From a virus, in IMG/VR virus record IMGVR_UViG_3300028666_000002: DNA of 64,000 nucleotides. One strand, 5' to 3'. Under the pieces are notes generated by a model. It was not told the DNA's origin. It ran no database searches and saw only the letters and a list, made by a program, of their open reading frames with translations. The position numbers and the translations under genes are program-made. Below are positions 47,060-57,110 of the stretch, piece after piece (position 1 is the first letter of the stretch; every line of letters starts with the position of its first letter).

Positions 47060-47907
47060 TGGCTAATACACCAAATAATGTTTCTACGATTATAGGAAAA
47101 GGTTACGGAACGGCTATCTATCCGGTTCACGCTTCTGTTGTGTCTGGTTTGATGCAGCGTGTCGAACCGATGCTTACTCCGCAGCAATTAAAATCGAGAT
47201 TCCTAAAGGGCATCCCTCTATTCTTTTTCAATGGCGATACATTCTCTGACGATGACCTCAAGGATCGCATTTATCTCGCCTCCAACGTAGCCGAAGTAGA
47301 TTTAAAAGTTACTATTACTCCAGAACAATTCCAAAACAAATTGCCTTTCAAACAAGAGGACTATAAGGCTTACATCAATTTGGTAGCCGAACAGGGTCCG
47401 ATTATCAGTATTGAACAGTTGGCCATCGTGAGTGCTGATAAAAATACCATCTTTGAAATACCTGCCGAATGGATCGAAACTGCAAACTTTTCTAAGAGGT
47501 TAATCAATGTGATTCCGCTCTTAGCTGCTTACGGCGTGAATTCAGTGCAGGGTGCAGTTGGAAATGCAGGTATTGCATTCTTAAGTGTCATGGACGGATT
47601 GAACTGGGTCCCGGCTTATTGGCAAATAAAATATACGGCTGGAATGTCTAATCAAGAAGGCAAGATACCTACGGTCGTCAATGAATTGATCGGCTGTATT
47701 GCTGCCATAGATATCTTGAGCGAGATTGCGGCCACATTCATCTTTACAAGTCAATCACAAAGTCAAGATGGAATTTCGCAAAGCAGCTCTATGCCTGGCC
47801 CACGCATATATCAGTTGCGCATAGAAGAATTAATGCAAAAAAGAGCAAAGCTAGAAAGGCAGATTAGAAATATTTTTTCGTCTAGATTTTTCGTCGGCAA
47901 CTTTTAA
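47050..47907 (+). CDS. putative head-tail adaptor/neck protein
   Basis: IKYTAG...IP..V...SQSQDGISQS pattern of myophage neck-1 proteins; position after the capsid. Confidence 0.6.
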   Translation: MLLMANTPNNVSTIIGKGYGTAIYPVHASVVSGLMQRVEPMLTPQQLKSRFLKGIPLFFFNGDTFSDDDLKDRIYLASNVAEVDLKVTITPEQFQNKLPFKQEDYKAYINLVAEQGPIISIEQLAIVSADKNTIFEIPAEWIETANFSKRLINVIPLLAAYGVNSVQGAVGNAGIAFLSVMDGLNWVPAYWQIKYTAGMSNQEGKIPTVVNELIGCIAAIDILSEIAATFIFTSQSQSQDGISQSSSMPGPRIYQLRIEELMQKRAKLERQIRNIFSSRFFVGNF

Positions 47908-47928
47908 TTATGGTAAAATAGTACTTAT

Positions 47929-48675
47929 ATGGCTAATAAAGTCGGAGAAGGCGTACATGACATCTACAAAGAACGAGCCCAGCAGGGTGGAGATGTTCTG
48001 TGGCATGTTAAGATAAAGGGCCAAACAGAATTGATGGAAGGGGTTCCTCTTCACATGTCCTTAAAAGTTTTTAATGACAAAAAAGAGATGAATCTTGATG
48101 AAATAAAAGAAAAGGTTAAAAAGTTTGATATAAAAACGCCAAACCCAGAGAAATTGAGATTTAAGACTACGATTTTTACATCTGAAAGAGATGGAAAAAA
48201 GTATTTTATGCTTCTGGTGGAAGGCGCAGATAAGACTTATGAAGATTTTTACAACAGCCTAAAGCATTGTGGAACTGTTTACGATAAATTCATGACTCAT
48301 ATTACTATAGATAAGGGATTGTACGATAAGATAAATGAAGAAGGATTAAAACCAGACGAAGTGGAGTTTAGCGTTCTTTCTATCGAATTTGGGGCTGGAA
48401 ATACAGTCCATGAGTTCAAGAAAAGTTTAGATGTAGAGATAATGAAAGAAACCATCTGTTTAAACTTAGATTTGTCTATAAAGCATTTTAGCGCATCTAT
48501 GTTGAAATCAGAAGTTTTTTGCAATTATTTAGAAGATCATCCGGGATTAGAACAGCAAATTGAACAAAAGCACAAAGATAGAATAGAGCATCATTTTGGT
48601 AATGATGAAAAATTAAAAGATTTCGCTTGGAAAAATGGAATAGATGCTGCTTACGCATCGAGGAATAAGAAGTAA
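47929..48675 (+). CDS. 2H phosphoesterase, Acb1 (T4 gp57B)-like
   Basis: Two Hx[S/T] motifs: PLHMSLK and FMTHITI, about 85 aa apart. Confidence 0.6.
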   Translation: MANKVGEGVHDIYKERAQQGGDVLWHVKIKGQTELMEGVPLHMSLKVFNDKKEMNLDEIKEKVKKFDIKTPNPEKLRFKTTIFTSERDGKKYFMLLVEGADKTYEDFYNSLKHCGTVYDKFMTHITIDKGLYDKINEEGLKPDEVEFSVLSIEFGAGNTVHEFKKSLDVEIMKETICLNLDLSIKHFSASMLKSEVFCNYLEDHPGLEQQIEQKHKDRIEHHFGNDEKLKDFAWKNGIDAAYASRNKK

Positions 48676-49292
48676 TGGGTTTTGTATATAAAATAACCAA
48701 TATATTGACTGATAAAAAATATATTGGTCTTACCACAAGAAGCCTAGAGGAAAGATTTAGAAAACATCTTTTTGACGCTTTTGATGCACGAAGAAAAAAT
48801 GCTATTCACTATGCTTTAAGAAAATATGGTAAGAAAAATTTTGTTATAGAGGCAATTTTTGAAAGCAATTCATTAAATGAATTAAATGATAAAGAGAATT
48901 ATTTTATACAAAAATATGACACTTTGTATCCTAATGGTTATAATTTGATAGTTGGTGGCGGCGTTCGTATAGTATCAGAAATTACAAAAAACAGAATGAG
49001 AAAGGCACAATTAGGTAAAAAGCAATCTAAAAAAACAAGAAAAAAGAGATCTGACTCTCTAAAGGGCAAACCTCAAAAAAGGGTTTTTGTAAATAAAAGA
49101 GCTAAATCTATATGTAAACCTATTATGGAATTAACAACTGGTTTAACATTTAATTCTATTAAAGAATCAGCGAAATATTTTAATATAAGTTCTAGGGGTA
49201 TAAGCAAAAATCTTCACAACCAATCTGTTCATTATTTTGGTAAAAAATTTATTTTCCTAGATAAAGGAGAGTTTCATGCAAATAACAGCTAA
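48675..49292 (+). CDS. GIY-YIG homing endonuclease
   Basis: FVYKITN...YIGLT...RF..H, E, GYN; NUMOD-like tail. Confidence 0.88.
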   Translation: MGFVYKITNILTDKKYIGLTTRSLEERFRKHLFDAFDARRKNAIHYALRKYGKKNFVIEAIFESNSLNELNDKENYFIQKYDTLYPNGYNLIVGGGVRIVSEITKNRMRKAQLGKKQSKKTRKKRSDSLKGKPQKRVFVNKRAKSICKPIMELTTGLTFNSIKESAKYFNISSRGISKNLHNQSVHYFGKKFIFLDKGEFHANNS

Positions 49293-49776
49293 TGATGTAG
49301 ATAGAATCGAAGATTCTGGAACCATTGATGGAAATCCAGTAAAACTGGTTAGAACCAAAGGGGGGTTTTGGCTAGCGTTGGGAAGACGAAAATACAAGTC
49401 ATCTGAGGATGTTTTGGCGGCTGGGTCTCATCCTGCTATCGTAAAATATCAATTAGAAAAGCAATTCCCAGATTACCATCCAGCCATGATGAAGTCCGAA
49501 GGATTTGTAGAACCCCTTGTTATGAGTCATTCGCATTTTCTATCAGATGATTTGAGAAAAAATGGCTATGACATCTTCTCTGTTCAGACAGGGCCAAGCG
49601 TAGAATTCCTTATCACAAAACATAACAGTCAAATTGCTACCGTGAATAGCGAATTCTCTAAAGATCACCTGATTATTGAAAATCTAAATATCCCCAAAGA
49701 ATTTGCTAAAGCTATGGCGGGAGCTACAGTTGAAAAATCTGTTTCTTGTGAGGCAGGATTAAAACTGAAGAAATAA
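49276..49776 (+). CDS. hypothetical protein
   Basis: AAGGAG RBS; MMKSE motif. Confidence 0.6.
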   Translation: MQITANDVDRIEDSGTIDGNPVKLVRTKGGFWLALGRRKYKSSEDVLAAGSHPAIVKYQLEKQFPDYHPAMMKSEGFVEPLVMSHSHFLSDDLRKNGYDIFSVQTGPSVEFLITKHNSQIATVNSEFSKDHLIIENLNIPKEFAKAMAGATVEKSVSCEAGLKLKK

Positions 49777-49777
49777 C

Positions 49778-50140
49778 ATGTGTGTAAAAATAGCAAATTC
49801 AATTTCTGAAGTCAAATACGATTCAAAAAAACCTTTAGAAGAACAGCTTAATGGTTATAATAAGGTTATCATAAAATATGAATCAAAAGACCCTGATATT
49901 GATAAATTTTTAGAAGAAATGGAAAGATGTTGTAAGACCGGAGTATGCTTAAACATAGATGTCGATATGTCGCATGGGAATAACCTCAAAGGAATGAGAG
50001 CAAAAAGACAGGCCAAAAGATTGGTAAAAGATTTGAATCTAAATGAAGCAATTAAGTTATTGGTAAATATGCATTCACAAGCAGATAGAACTTTGAAAGA
50101 AATGTCTGATTTTTGCTTAAACGGAAAGAATAATGAGTAA
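49778..50140 (+). CDS. hypothetical protein
   Basis: In operon. Confidence 0.55.
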   Translation: MCVKIANSISEVKYDSKKPLEEQLNGYNKVIIKYESKDPDIDKFLEEMERCCKTGVCLNIDVDMSHGNNLKGMRAKRQAKRLVKDLNLNEAIKLLVNMHSQADRTLKEMSDFCLNGKNNE

Positions 50141-51131
50141 TAGGCCTCCAATAGGTATTCAAATACCGGTGATAACGCCATTTGCACCACAAGTGCAAGA
50201 ATCATTTGATCTGAATAGATTAGATGTTTTTGTTACTAGTCTTGGCGTAGATTTTTCTCATTTTAGGGCTATGATTAGTCCTTTAGGAAAGAATGATATT
50301 GGTGAAATTCGTAAAAATGATGGGGTAGACCAAATCACCTCTAATGGTATGCTTTACCGTTGTGCCGGTATTTTTACCGCTACCATGACCGACAACACCA
50401 GGGAACAGAAACGTACCCAAAGTGGAGTCACTGATCCATCAGAATCTAGACTCGTGATGCCGCGTTTTTACAATGTTCCAACGCCTACGGGGGTAGCTCA
50501 AGGAGAGCGTATATATCTAATGCCTGGAGATAGACTATACCTGTCTGATCCTAATGCAGATGTTTTGGTAGCTAATGTAGAAGAAATAGCCTATCAACCT
50601 GATATAGATAATGAGGCGATGTTTCCTATTGTGCGTTTACAAGAGAAAATTATCGATAGCCGTAACATAGAGTATACTTGCGGTATTGATTTTGAAATAA
50701 CTCAAGGTTCTTGCGTAGTTGGAGGACAGTCTTTGGGTGGCAACATCAGATGGCTTTCCGGTGGGAAAAATCCTGGAATCGACCCATTAACTGGAAAAGG
50801 GCGTGTGTTTTCAATTAGATATCTATACAAAGCTTTTTATTATGTTATGGCACTACCAAAAGAAGTTAGGGTTACTAACGTAACCGGAGCAAATGGGGTT
50901 AGGGCGCCACAAAGGGCGGCGATGCATGCGATAATAGTGAGAGAATACGTATTCCATCAACAAAATCGCGGAGATAAGATGAATCAACTTAAGCCAAAGA
51001 CCCAAGCTAGAACCATTAAGTCTCCGGTGGAAAATATTCTTTATCCTAATCAGCCAGTTAATGTTGACATTAGTAATGTACAAAAAATTGACATGAGCAA
51101 TATAGAAAATGGGGATGATGAAAACGAATAA
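50133..51131 (+). CDS. putative neck/head-closure protein
   Basis: Position in the neck module; DRL...YTCGIDFEI...GNIRW...FSIRY pattern seen in myophage neck proteins. Confidence 0.5.
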   Translation: MSNRPPIGIQIPVITPFAPQVQESFDLNRLDVFVTSLGVDFSHFRAMISPLGKNDIGEIRKNDGVDQITSNGMLYRCAGIFTATMTDNTREQKRTQSGVTDPSESRLVMPRFYNVPTPTGVAQGERIYLMPGDRLYLSDPNADVLVANVEEIAYQPDIDNEAMFPIVRLQEKIIDSRNIEYTCGIDFEITQGSCVVGGQSLGGNIRWLSGGKNPGIDPLTGKGRVFSIRYLYKAFYYVMALPKEVRVTNVTGANGVRAPQRAAMHAIIVREYVFHQQNRGDKMNQLKPKTQARTIKSPVENILYPNQPVNVDISNVQKIDMSNIENGDDENE

Positions 51132-51175
51132 ACTATTGTCTTTGCAAGGTAATCTTTATCATATGAGGAAAGAAT

Positions 51176-51622
51176 ATGTCTAAAAAAGTAAGAAGCATTA
51201 ATAGTGGAATGATTGTAGATCCATCCACATTAGATAATTTGAAATACAACAACCCGGCTGGCTCTCAAAAAGTTAGCGAAGTTGGAAAGCATTTGTTGCC
51301 ACTAAAACACATTAGTGGTGGTGCCGTTGCCTATACTACAGACGCAAGCACAGCGCGAGTATTAGATAGGGCTGGAGCTTGTTTGGCTATTTATAACAAT
51401 AGCGGTACTGTTCAGTCACTCACCCTGAATGAAGCCAGTACGATTGCTTCTCTGGCTCCTGGCGTCACTGATTCTGCTGGACATGTTGGAATTCCTTGTA
51501 TGCCTAATTCTTGGACTTATGTAGCTTGCGGATACTCTAATTGGGTTATCACCAGCAGCGCTAATTTGTTGGTTTTCCTGATTAACGATGAGACCTACAT
51601 CACCGTCGAACAAACTTACTAA
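51176..51622 (+). CDS. putative virion protein
   Basis: Preceded by AATCTT and a GAGG RBS. Confidence 0.5.
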   Translation: MSKKVRSINSGMIVDPSTLDNLKYNNPAGSQKVSEVGKHLLPLKHISGGAVAYTTDASTARVLDRAGACLAIYNNSGTVQSLTLNEASTIASLAPGVTDSAGHVGIPCMPNSWTYVACGYSNWVITSSANLLVFLINDETYITVEQTY

Positions 51623-51631
51623 GGACTACCA

Positions 51632-52630
51632 ATGTCTAATGCTGATCTATTTTTAAAGAAAGCTCTAGGTGAAGATTTTTTTGAATCTTTAGCCAAGGTC
51701 GAACTGTATAAATATGGCACCAGAAGCGTATTAGATATTGAAGAAATCAAAACGGCACTCCAGATAGTTCCTCGCACTATTATCGCCCTTCTTATCAGAG
51801 AGCTTAGTCCCATGAATGTGGGTGATACCAAAGAAATTCCTCTCCTTGTGGGCGTTAATGCTATGATTAGGGCTACTAAACATGAGAGAGATTGTTTTAG
51901 TGGTGATGTTGAAGAAGATTCCAAGAAAATAGCAGAATTCAAATTTAGATCCTTGCCTGGGGTTGGCTTGATAATCATGTCCGCCTTTGAACTTTACGAT
52001 ATGGAGAATCTGATTAACTCTCCAAGTGCATCAGATTTGCCAATGGCACCTGCCCCACTTTCACAGCCTAATTTCGCAGAAGATATCGACAGTAAAGTAC
52101 AAAAGCTCATAGATGAAAGATTGGCCCTTCACAGTCTTGTTGAACAGGTTGTAGAAAAAAAGATAGCACACAAAGATGCTATTCACCAGATGATGTTGGC
52201 TAAGCTTACAGAAGAAATCAGTTCTTTAAAAAATAAGATGGTAGTTGTGTCTGCCAAAACAGAATTGGCTAGAAAAGAGGCAGAAGTGGCTAAACAACTA
52301 AATCCAGCTGTATTTGAGATTGAGGAAGAAAAAGAAACGCCCACTCCTATGAAGAAAAGTCGGCCTTTGCAAGAATTCTTGGAAAAGAGAAAGAAACCTA
52401 AAGAATTCTCTGTACAGATGGCAAAGGGAGAGATGGTTTCTTGTCCAGATTGTGGCAAGGACATTTTTAATGGAAACTCACTAACTCCTTGTATTTGTTA
52501 TGGAGATTATGGTAAAATATTTTTGAAGAAGACGGAGAATGGAATAAAAGTTAGATTCTCTAGAAGTTGGGATATTGATAATATAGAAATGTTATTAGAA
52601 GTATTGAGAAAAAAGAATAAACATGTCTAA
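51632..52630 (+). CDS. hypothetical protein with C-terminal zinc ribbon
   Basis: CPDC...CIC; several xxK-[ASG] motifs. Confidence 0.6.
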   Translation: MSNADLFLKKALGEDFFESLAKVELYKYGTRSVLDIEEIKTALQIVPRTIIALLIRELSPMNVGDTKEIPLLVGVNAMIRATKHERDCFSGDVEEDSKKIAEFKFRSLPGVGLIIMSAFELYDMENLINSPSASDLPMAPAPLSQPNFAEDIDSKVQKLIDERLALHSLVEQVVEKKIAHKDAIHQMMLAKLTEEISSLKNKMVVVSAKTELARKEAEVAKQLNPAVFEIEEEKETPTPMKKSRPLQEFLEKRKKPKEFSVQMAKGEMVSCPDCGKDIFNGNSLTPCICYGDYGKIFLKKTENGIKVRFSRSWDIDNIEMLLEVLRKKNKHV

Positions 52631-53423
52631 AAAAATTACAATAGAAGAGATCCAAAAAAGAATTTTGAAGATTCACGGGAATACTATTGTTTTAGATATA
52701 GACACTTACGTAGATACTCATACTCGTGCACGTTTTATAGATAGGGAATGTGGAGAATGGTGGGCTATACCAAAAAATGTGTATGGTTTAAAGAATGGTC
52801 ACCCAAATAAAAGAGCAAAAAAAATAAGTAAATCAAAAACTTTAACTATAGATCAGGTAAAAGAAAAAATAAGAGAAAAACACGGAAATTCTGTTATTTT
52901 GATTGAATCTACCTATATAAACACTATTACAAAATGTAAATTTATAGATGAAAAATATGGTGAATGGGAAACTGTTTCACTTAATGTTTTGTATGACAAC
53001 TGTAGGCATCCCAATGGCGGGAAAGAAAGGCGAGAAAATGCTCTCTTAAAGAGTTATGGCGTAAAAAATGCCACTCAAAATAAAGAGATAGCCTTGAGGG
53101 CTGCTAAAAGTGCCAAAAATACTTATATAAAATTCCACTGGAAAACGAATGAAGAACTTGTGTGTCAAGGTTCTTGGGAAGCAAAGGTGGTGGATTATTT
53201 TAATACCAACAAAACCGAGTACGATTGGCAATCTAAAACATTTGCTATGCCAGATGGTAAAACTTATAGACCTGATTTATTTTTAATTAATGAAAATAAA
53301 TGGGTAGAAATCAAGGGAAGATTTAGAATTACGGACAAGTTAAAATGGGAGTGGTTTAAATCTGAAAACCCTACAGCAGAAGTCTGGCAAAAAAGTAAGC
53401 TAAAAGAAATGGGAATTTTATAA
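52623..53423 (+). CDS. putative homing endonuclease (repeated N-terminal modules + PD-(D/E)xK domain)
   Basis: Two KHG...Y...KF.D..GEW...HP repeats; SWE...YRPD...VEIKG. Confidence 0.75.
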   Translation: MSKKITIEEIQKRILKIHGNTIVLDIDTYVDTHTRARFIDRECGEWWAIPKNVYGLKNGHPNKRAKKISKSKTLTIDQVKEKIREKHGNSVILIESTYINTITKCKFIDEKYGEWETVSLNVLYDNCRHPNGGKERRENALLKSYGVKNATQNKEIALRAAKSAKNTYIKFHWKTNEELVCQGSWEAKVVDYFNTNKTEYDWQSKTFAMPDGKTYRPDLFLINENKWVEIKGRFRITDKLKWEWFKSENPTAEVWQKSKLKEMGIL

Positions 53424-53424
53424 C

Positions 53425-55503
53425 ATGGATAAATCAGATAACATTGTATACATATCTTACGATGCGGATAGTGCGGGTCGCAAAATCGGTCAAGCGGTTT
53501 TGAACGATGATCCTGATGAAATGTCCAGAATTTCTGAACGCATTAAGGTCGGCAACGATCTGTTTAGCCGATGGGCAAAAGAACGAGATGGTAAGCAATA
53601 TTCTTCTGGTGGCGATCAAGGCGTATACGCTATTGATAAAAAGCATGTTGAAGGATTGGAAAAGCTAAGAAAGGATTACCACTATCTTACCGGCTTAACC
53701 GTATCTATAGGAATAGGTGTCCATCTATCCGAATCGGGACAAGCCCTCTTAATGGCAAAGTTAAAAGGGAAAAATCAGATAGTGTCTTTTGACAAAGAAA
53801 CAAAGAAAGAGATTCAGCAAATAAAAAAGCGAGTTAAGAAAGGAAAATTTAAGTCCATGGAAGAATATAAGATTGCAGAATCTTACCTGGACAAATCTGA
53901 GGCGGTTAAATCTATGAAAAAAGCTGAAAGTATCAATAATCAGAAATTAGAGGATGCTACTGAAACCGCCAATTATCAAGAGAAGCCAGAGGCTACTCAT
54001 GATGATTGTGAATATTGCAATCATCAAGAGAAGCCAGAGGCTACTCATGATGATTGTGAATATTGCAATCAAACTGATGGGATTGATCCTAATCATTGTG
54101 AATTTTGTCATGATGCTGAAACTGCAGAAGGTGAAGAGCCCTGCGAATTTTGCGATAGTTCAAAAGAATTAAATAATCCCGAAGCGTGTGAGTTTTGCAA
54201 TAGTGCTGAAACTCCAGAAGGCGAAGAGCCTTGCAAATTTTGTAGTTATGATGAGCCAGTAGATGAGGCGTTAGATTTTCCTGAGTTGGCAGAACAAGAT
54301 GATGAATTTGCTAATGCCCCTGAAAACCAGGGCTATGGAGAAAATGTAAAAACTCATCCAGACGGTCTTGGTACGAGCCTTGATTCCAACAATGATCAAG
54401 CTCCCGCTGGTTCGCCAGAAGAACATGAGCAATATGAAAAAATGGGAATGACTCCGCCAATGATAGGAAAGCCTACTTCTGAAGATCATGCCCCGCTCGG
54501 CCAAAATGCTCCCATGGCCTATGGTGCTGCTCCAGAATCAGCTAATGAAGATCCAGATGCAGAAACATTGGCCTATCAAGATCCTAGGGCCGCTGAAGGG
54601 GAAGCTGCAATAGATCCAGAAGATAATCATTCTAAAGAGGCCTTACTATCTATCGCTAGTGAAATAGAAAATGATGGTAATCCTCCCGCCCATGAAGCTG
54701 ACAGCATAGACGATACTCAAATTACTAATGATAGAATGGAAGGCAACACTAGTAGGCCAGATGGGTTCGAACAAAACACTCCTAGTGATATGGGCACAGC
54801 TGGTCCTAATAATACCGATCCAAATGATAACGAACCAGACTTTTATGGTGTTTTAGAGGAAGGTTTGAATCATGACGCCGATGGTATTCAAAAAGAAAAG
54901 GCTATCAAGTCTGTTTCTCAAGCACTAATGCAATTCAAGGGCTGTAAAGATATGCTAGAACAGTCTAAGGCTCAGATGCCACAACTTTATCAGGCTTCTA
55001 TTTCTATGCTAAAAGCCATGATTGAAATGGCTACTATGCTCGGATTAGGACAAAGCGGGGCCGGATTAGGACAAGAATCAGGACAAAATTCTGAATTAGG
55101 ACAAACACAAGAATCTCTGATGCCAGAACAACCTGAGCAATCGGCACAGCCCCAACAGGAGAATGACTGGCATGAGCCCTTTCCTACACATCCAGATCAG
55201 GGTGGAGAAGCTAAGCCCGGTCACGCGCCGTCTAGCAATGAAGAGGAGGATTCTCCCTCCCCACAGTCCCAAGCCGGTAGCGTAGGAACGCCTATCGGCA
55301 AATTATCAGCCAAACACACTACCGAACACGTTGCTAGAAATCCGATGCCAATAGGAGCAATCAATGTTTCTGGTCAGCAGAAGGTTATGGATGATCAGGG
55401 TAAAATAAGATTCATCGATAGAAAGCAAGGTCTTGTTATGGGTCCGTCTGGGGTTCCCGTAAAGCCTCCAAAAATGGGCAATGAAGTTTCTAAAAATAGG
55501 TAA
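53425..55503 (+). CDS. mCpol/GGD-palm nucleotidyltransferase-like domain fused to CxxC repeats and a long acidic region
   Basis: YISYDADSAG...SSGGDQ...LTVSIGIG...ALLMAKLKGKNQ in the first ~125 aa; six C[EK][YF]C repeats; Asp/Glu/Pro-rich remainder. Confidence 0.7.
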   Translation: MDKSDNIVYISYDADSAGRKIGQAVLNDDPDEMSRISERIKVGNDLFSRWAKERDGKQYSSGGDQGVYAIDKKHVEGLEKLRKDYHYLTGLTVSIGIGVHLSESGQALLMAKLKGKNQIVSFDKETKKEIQQIKKRVKKGKFKSMEEYKIAESYLDKSEAVKSMKKAESINNQKLEDATETANYQEKPEATHDDCEYCNHQEKPEATHDDCEYCNQTDGIDPNHCEFCHDAETAEGEEPCEFCDSSKELNNPEACEFCNSAETPEGEEPCKFCSYDEPVDEALDFPELAEQDDEFANAPENQGYGENVKTHPDGLGTSLDSNNDQAPAGSPEEHEQYEKMGMTPPMIGKPTSEDHAPLGQNAPMAYGAAPESANEDPDAETLAYQDPRAAEGEAAIDPEDNHSKEALLSIASEIENDGNPPAHEADSIDDTQITNDRMEGNTSRPDGFEQNTPSDMGTAGPNNTDPNDNEPDFYGVLEEGLNHDADGIQKEKAIKSVSQALMQFKGCKDMLEQSKAQMPQLYQASISMLKAMIEMATMLGLGQSGAGLGQESGQNSELGQTQESLMPEQPEQSAQPQQENDWHEPFPTHPDQGGEAKPGHAPSSNEEEDSPSPQSQAGSVGTPIGKLSAKHTTEHVARNPMPIGAINVSGQQKVMDDQGKIRFIDRKQGLVMGPSGVPVKPPKMGNEVSKNR
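53975..54070 (+). repeat. exact 48-bp tandem duplication (QEKPEATHDDCEYCN x2)
   Basis: ATCAAGAGAAGCCAGAGGCTACTCATGATGATTGTGAATATTGCAATC at 53975 and 54023. Confidence 0.95.
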
Positions 55504-55506
55504 GAA

Positions 55507-56256
55507 ATGTCTTTAAGAATTAAGATAGATGTTCAATCTCTTTCAAAGCAATTAAAAGAATATGCTATGGAAGCAGAAGCAGATATGAGGAAAGGGGTAG
55601 CCAATCTATCTGCTTTATCTCATGCTAAAATTAGAGATCTAGCTGCAGAAAAATTACATTCTACCAGAAATACATTTTTAGACAATCTATCTCAAGTAGA
55701 GGAAGTGGTTCCTGGCGTATTTGTTATAACATTGAATGAAGCAGCATTATTTATAGAAGAAGGGATGGAAAGACATGATATGAAGCCCGATCTTTTAAAG
55801 AAGAATGCTAAAGTGGGCAAAAATGGAAGATATAAGATAATTCCATTCGAACATTCTAAACTTCCGCAGAACATGACTGGAAAAGAACAGAATATAGTAC
55901 AACAAATTAAACAGAAATTGAAGGAAGAAAAAGTACCATTTAAGAAAATTGAATATGACGCAAAGGGAAATCCTAAAACAGGAAAGCTTCATAGTTTTAA
56001 TTGGGGTGGAGAAAGGCCCGGCAAGGGCAATACTGGAGTCCTACAAAGAGTTAGTATTTATCAATCAAAAGGGCCTACAGGAAATATTCGTAGAGATATA
56101 ATGACATTTAGAACGGTGAGCGAAGGACAGACAGATAAGTGGTACCATCCAGGAATTAAAGCGGCGAAAATATTAGATGAAGCTGGAGACTGGGCTGAAA
56201 AAGAATTTTACAATTCAATACTTCCAGAAATCATTGCAAAATGGAATGGTAGATAA
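55507..56256 (+). CDS. putative neck/tail-completion protein
   Basis: IEEG...DMK...IIPF...TFRTVS...WYHPG pattern; position upstream of the sheath. Confidence 0.55.
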   Translation: MSLRIKIDVQSLSKQLKEYAMEAEADMRKGVANLSALSHAKIRDLAAEKLHSTRNTFLDNLSQVEEVVPGVFVITLNEAALFIEEGMERHDMKPDLLKKNAKVGKNGRYKIIPFEHSKLPQNMTGKEQNIVQQIKQKLKEEKVPFKKIEYDAKGNPKTGKLHSFNWGGERPGKGNTGVLQRVSIYQSKGPTGNIRRDIMTFRTVSEGQTDKWYHPGIKAAKILDEAGDWAEKEFYNSILPEIIAKWNGR

Positions 56257-57022
56257 ACAATAATCCTTTTACAGATTTCATTTTCCCTTTACAAACTTTC
56301 ACTATATCACTATTGTCACATTTATTTTTTGCAGCTGCTTCTATAATTGAATTATAGATTTCCAAAATAATCCTGTCTGAATTAATTTTTGCTACCCTCT
56401 TATTGTTTGTAATAGGTTTATTTTTTGGTATTGATTTTTTTCTCGGTAGTACTGCATCTATTTTTTTATTTTTAAAAAATTTCCACTGATATCCGCCAGC
56501 ACTTTTTTTCTTTCCTTTACAACATTTTCCTATATCGGAATTGTTAATATTGGTAATTAAAAAAGCATCTGCGCTAGAAGAATGTTCTTTTATAAAAAAA
56601 CCATCTTTCGTATATTGATATACAGGGATAAGGTGTGCCTCTCTTATTTTTCTTTTTTGATCTGCGCTGTGTTTCCTACCTTTTCCGGCTTTAGACAAAA
56701 GTTTGCGGGTTTCATCTGATATAAAACTCCCCCTACCATTACCTCCACTTGATAAGTTATAGCCATTTTTCATAGAATTATAGTATTCTATCCAATAAAT
56801 TTCTTTATTATTGAGATCTTCCAATGAATCTGCCGTATCTATAGTCTCTATTTTAAAGTTTTCAACCCCATATTTTTTGATAGCAAAAGAAAGTTTTCTA
56901 CATCCTCTATCGGGCTTTAAGTGATATTTAAAATGTTCTAAAACTCTTTCTTCTACCGTTCTAGTAGTTTGACCTATATAGCTTTTGCCATCTATGATAT
57001 TAGTAAGTTTGTAGACATACAT
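56231..57022 (-). CDS. GIY-YIG homing endonuclease with NUMOD repeats
   Basis: YVYKLTN...YIGQT, E, GYN; KSAGGYQW motif. Confidence 0.88.
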   Translation of the reverse strand: MYVYKLTNIIDGKSYIGQTTRTVEERVLEHFKYHLKPDRGCRKLSFAIKKYGVENFKIETIDTADSLEDLNNKEIYWIEYYNSMKNGYNLSSGGNGRGSFISDETRKLLSKAGKGRKHSADQKRKIREAHLIPVYQYTKDGFFIKEHSSSADAFLITNINNSDIGKCCKGKKKSAGGYQWKFFKNKKIDAVLPRKKSIPKNKPITNNKRVAKINSDRIILEIYNSIIEAAAKNKCDNSDIVKVCKGKMKSVKGLLFIYHSILQ

Positions 57023-57110
57023 ATAGAAAAGATTGTGTTAGGCATTTCGAAAATGGGAATCTCATACACTAATCTTAATATAAATATTCAAATAAATCAA
57101 TAGGGTAATT

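Noticed and set aside
54095-54115. CEFCH as a haem c motif in the mCpol-like protein
   Set aside because: Only one of six CxxC repeats has the adjacent His, and the protein has no export signal.
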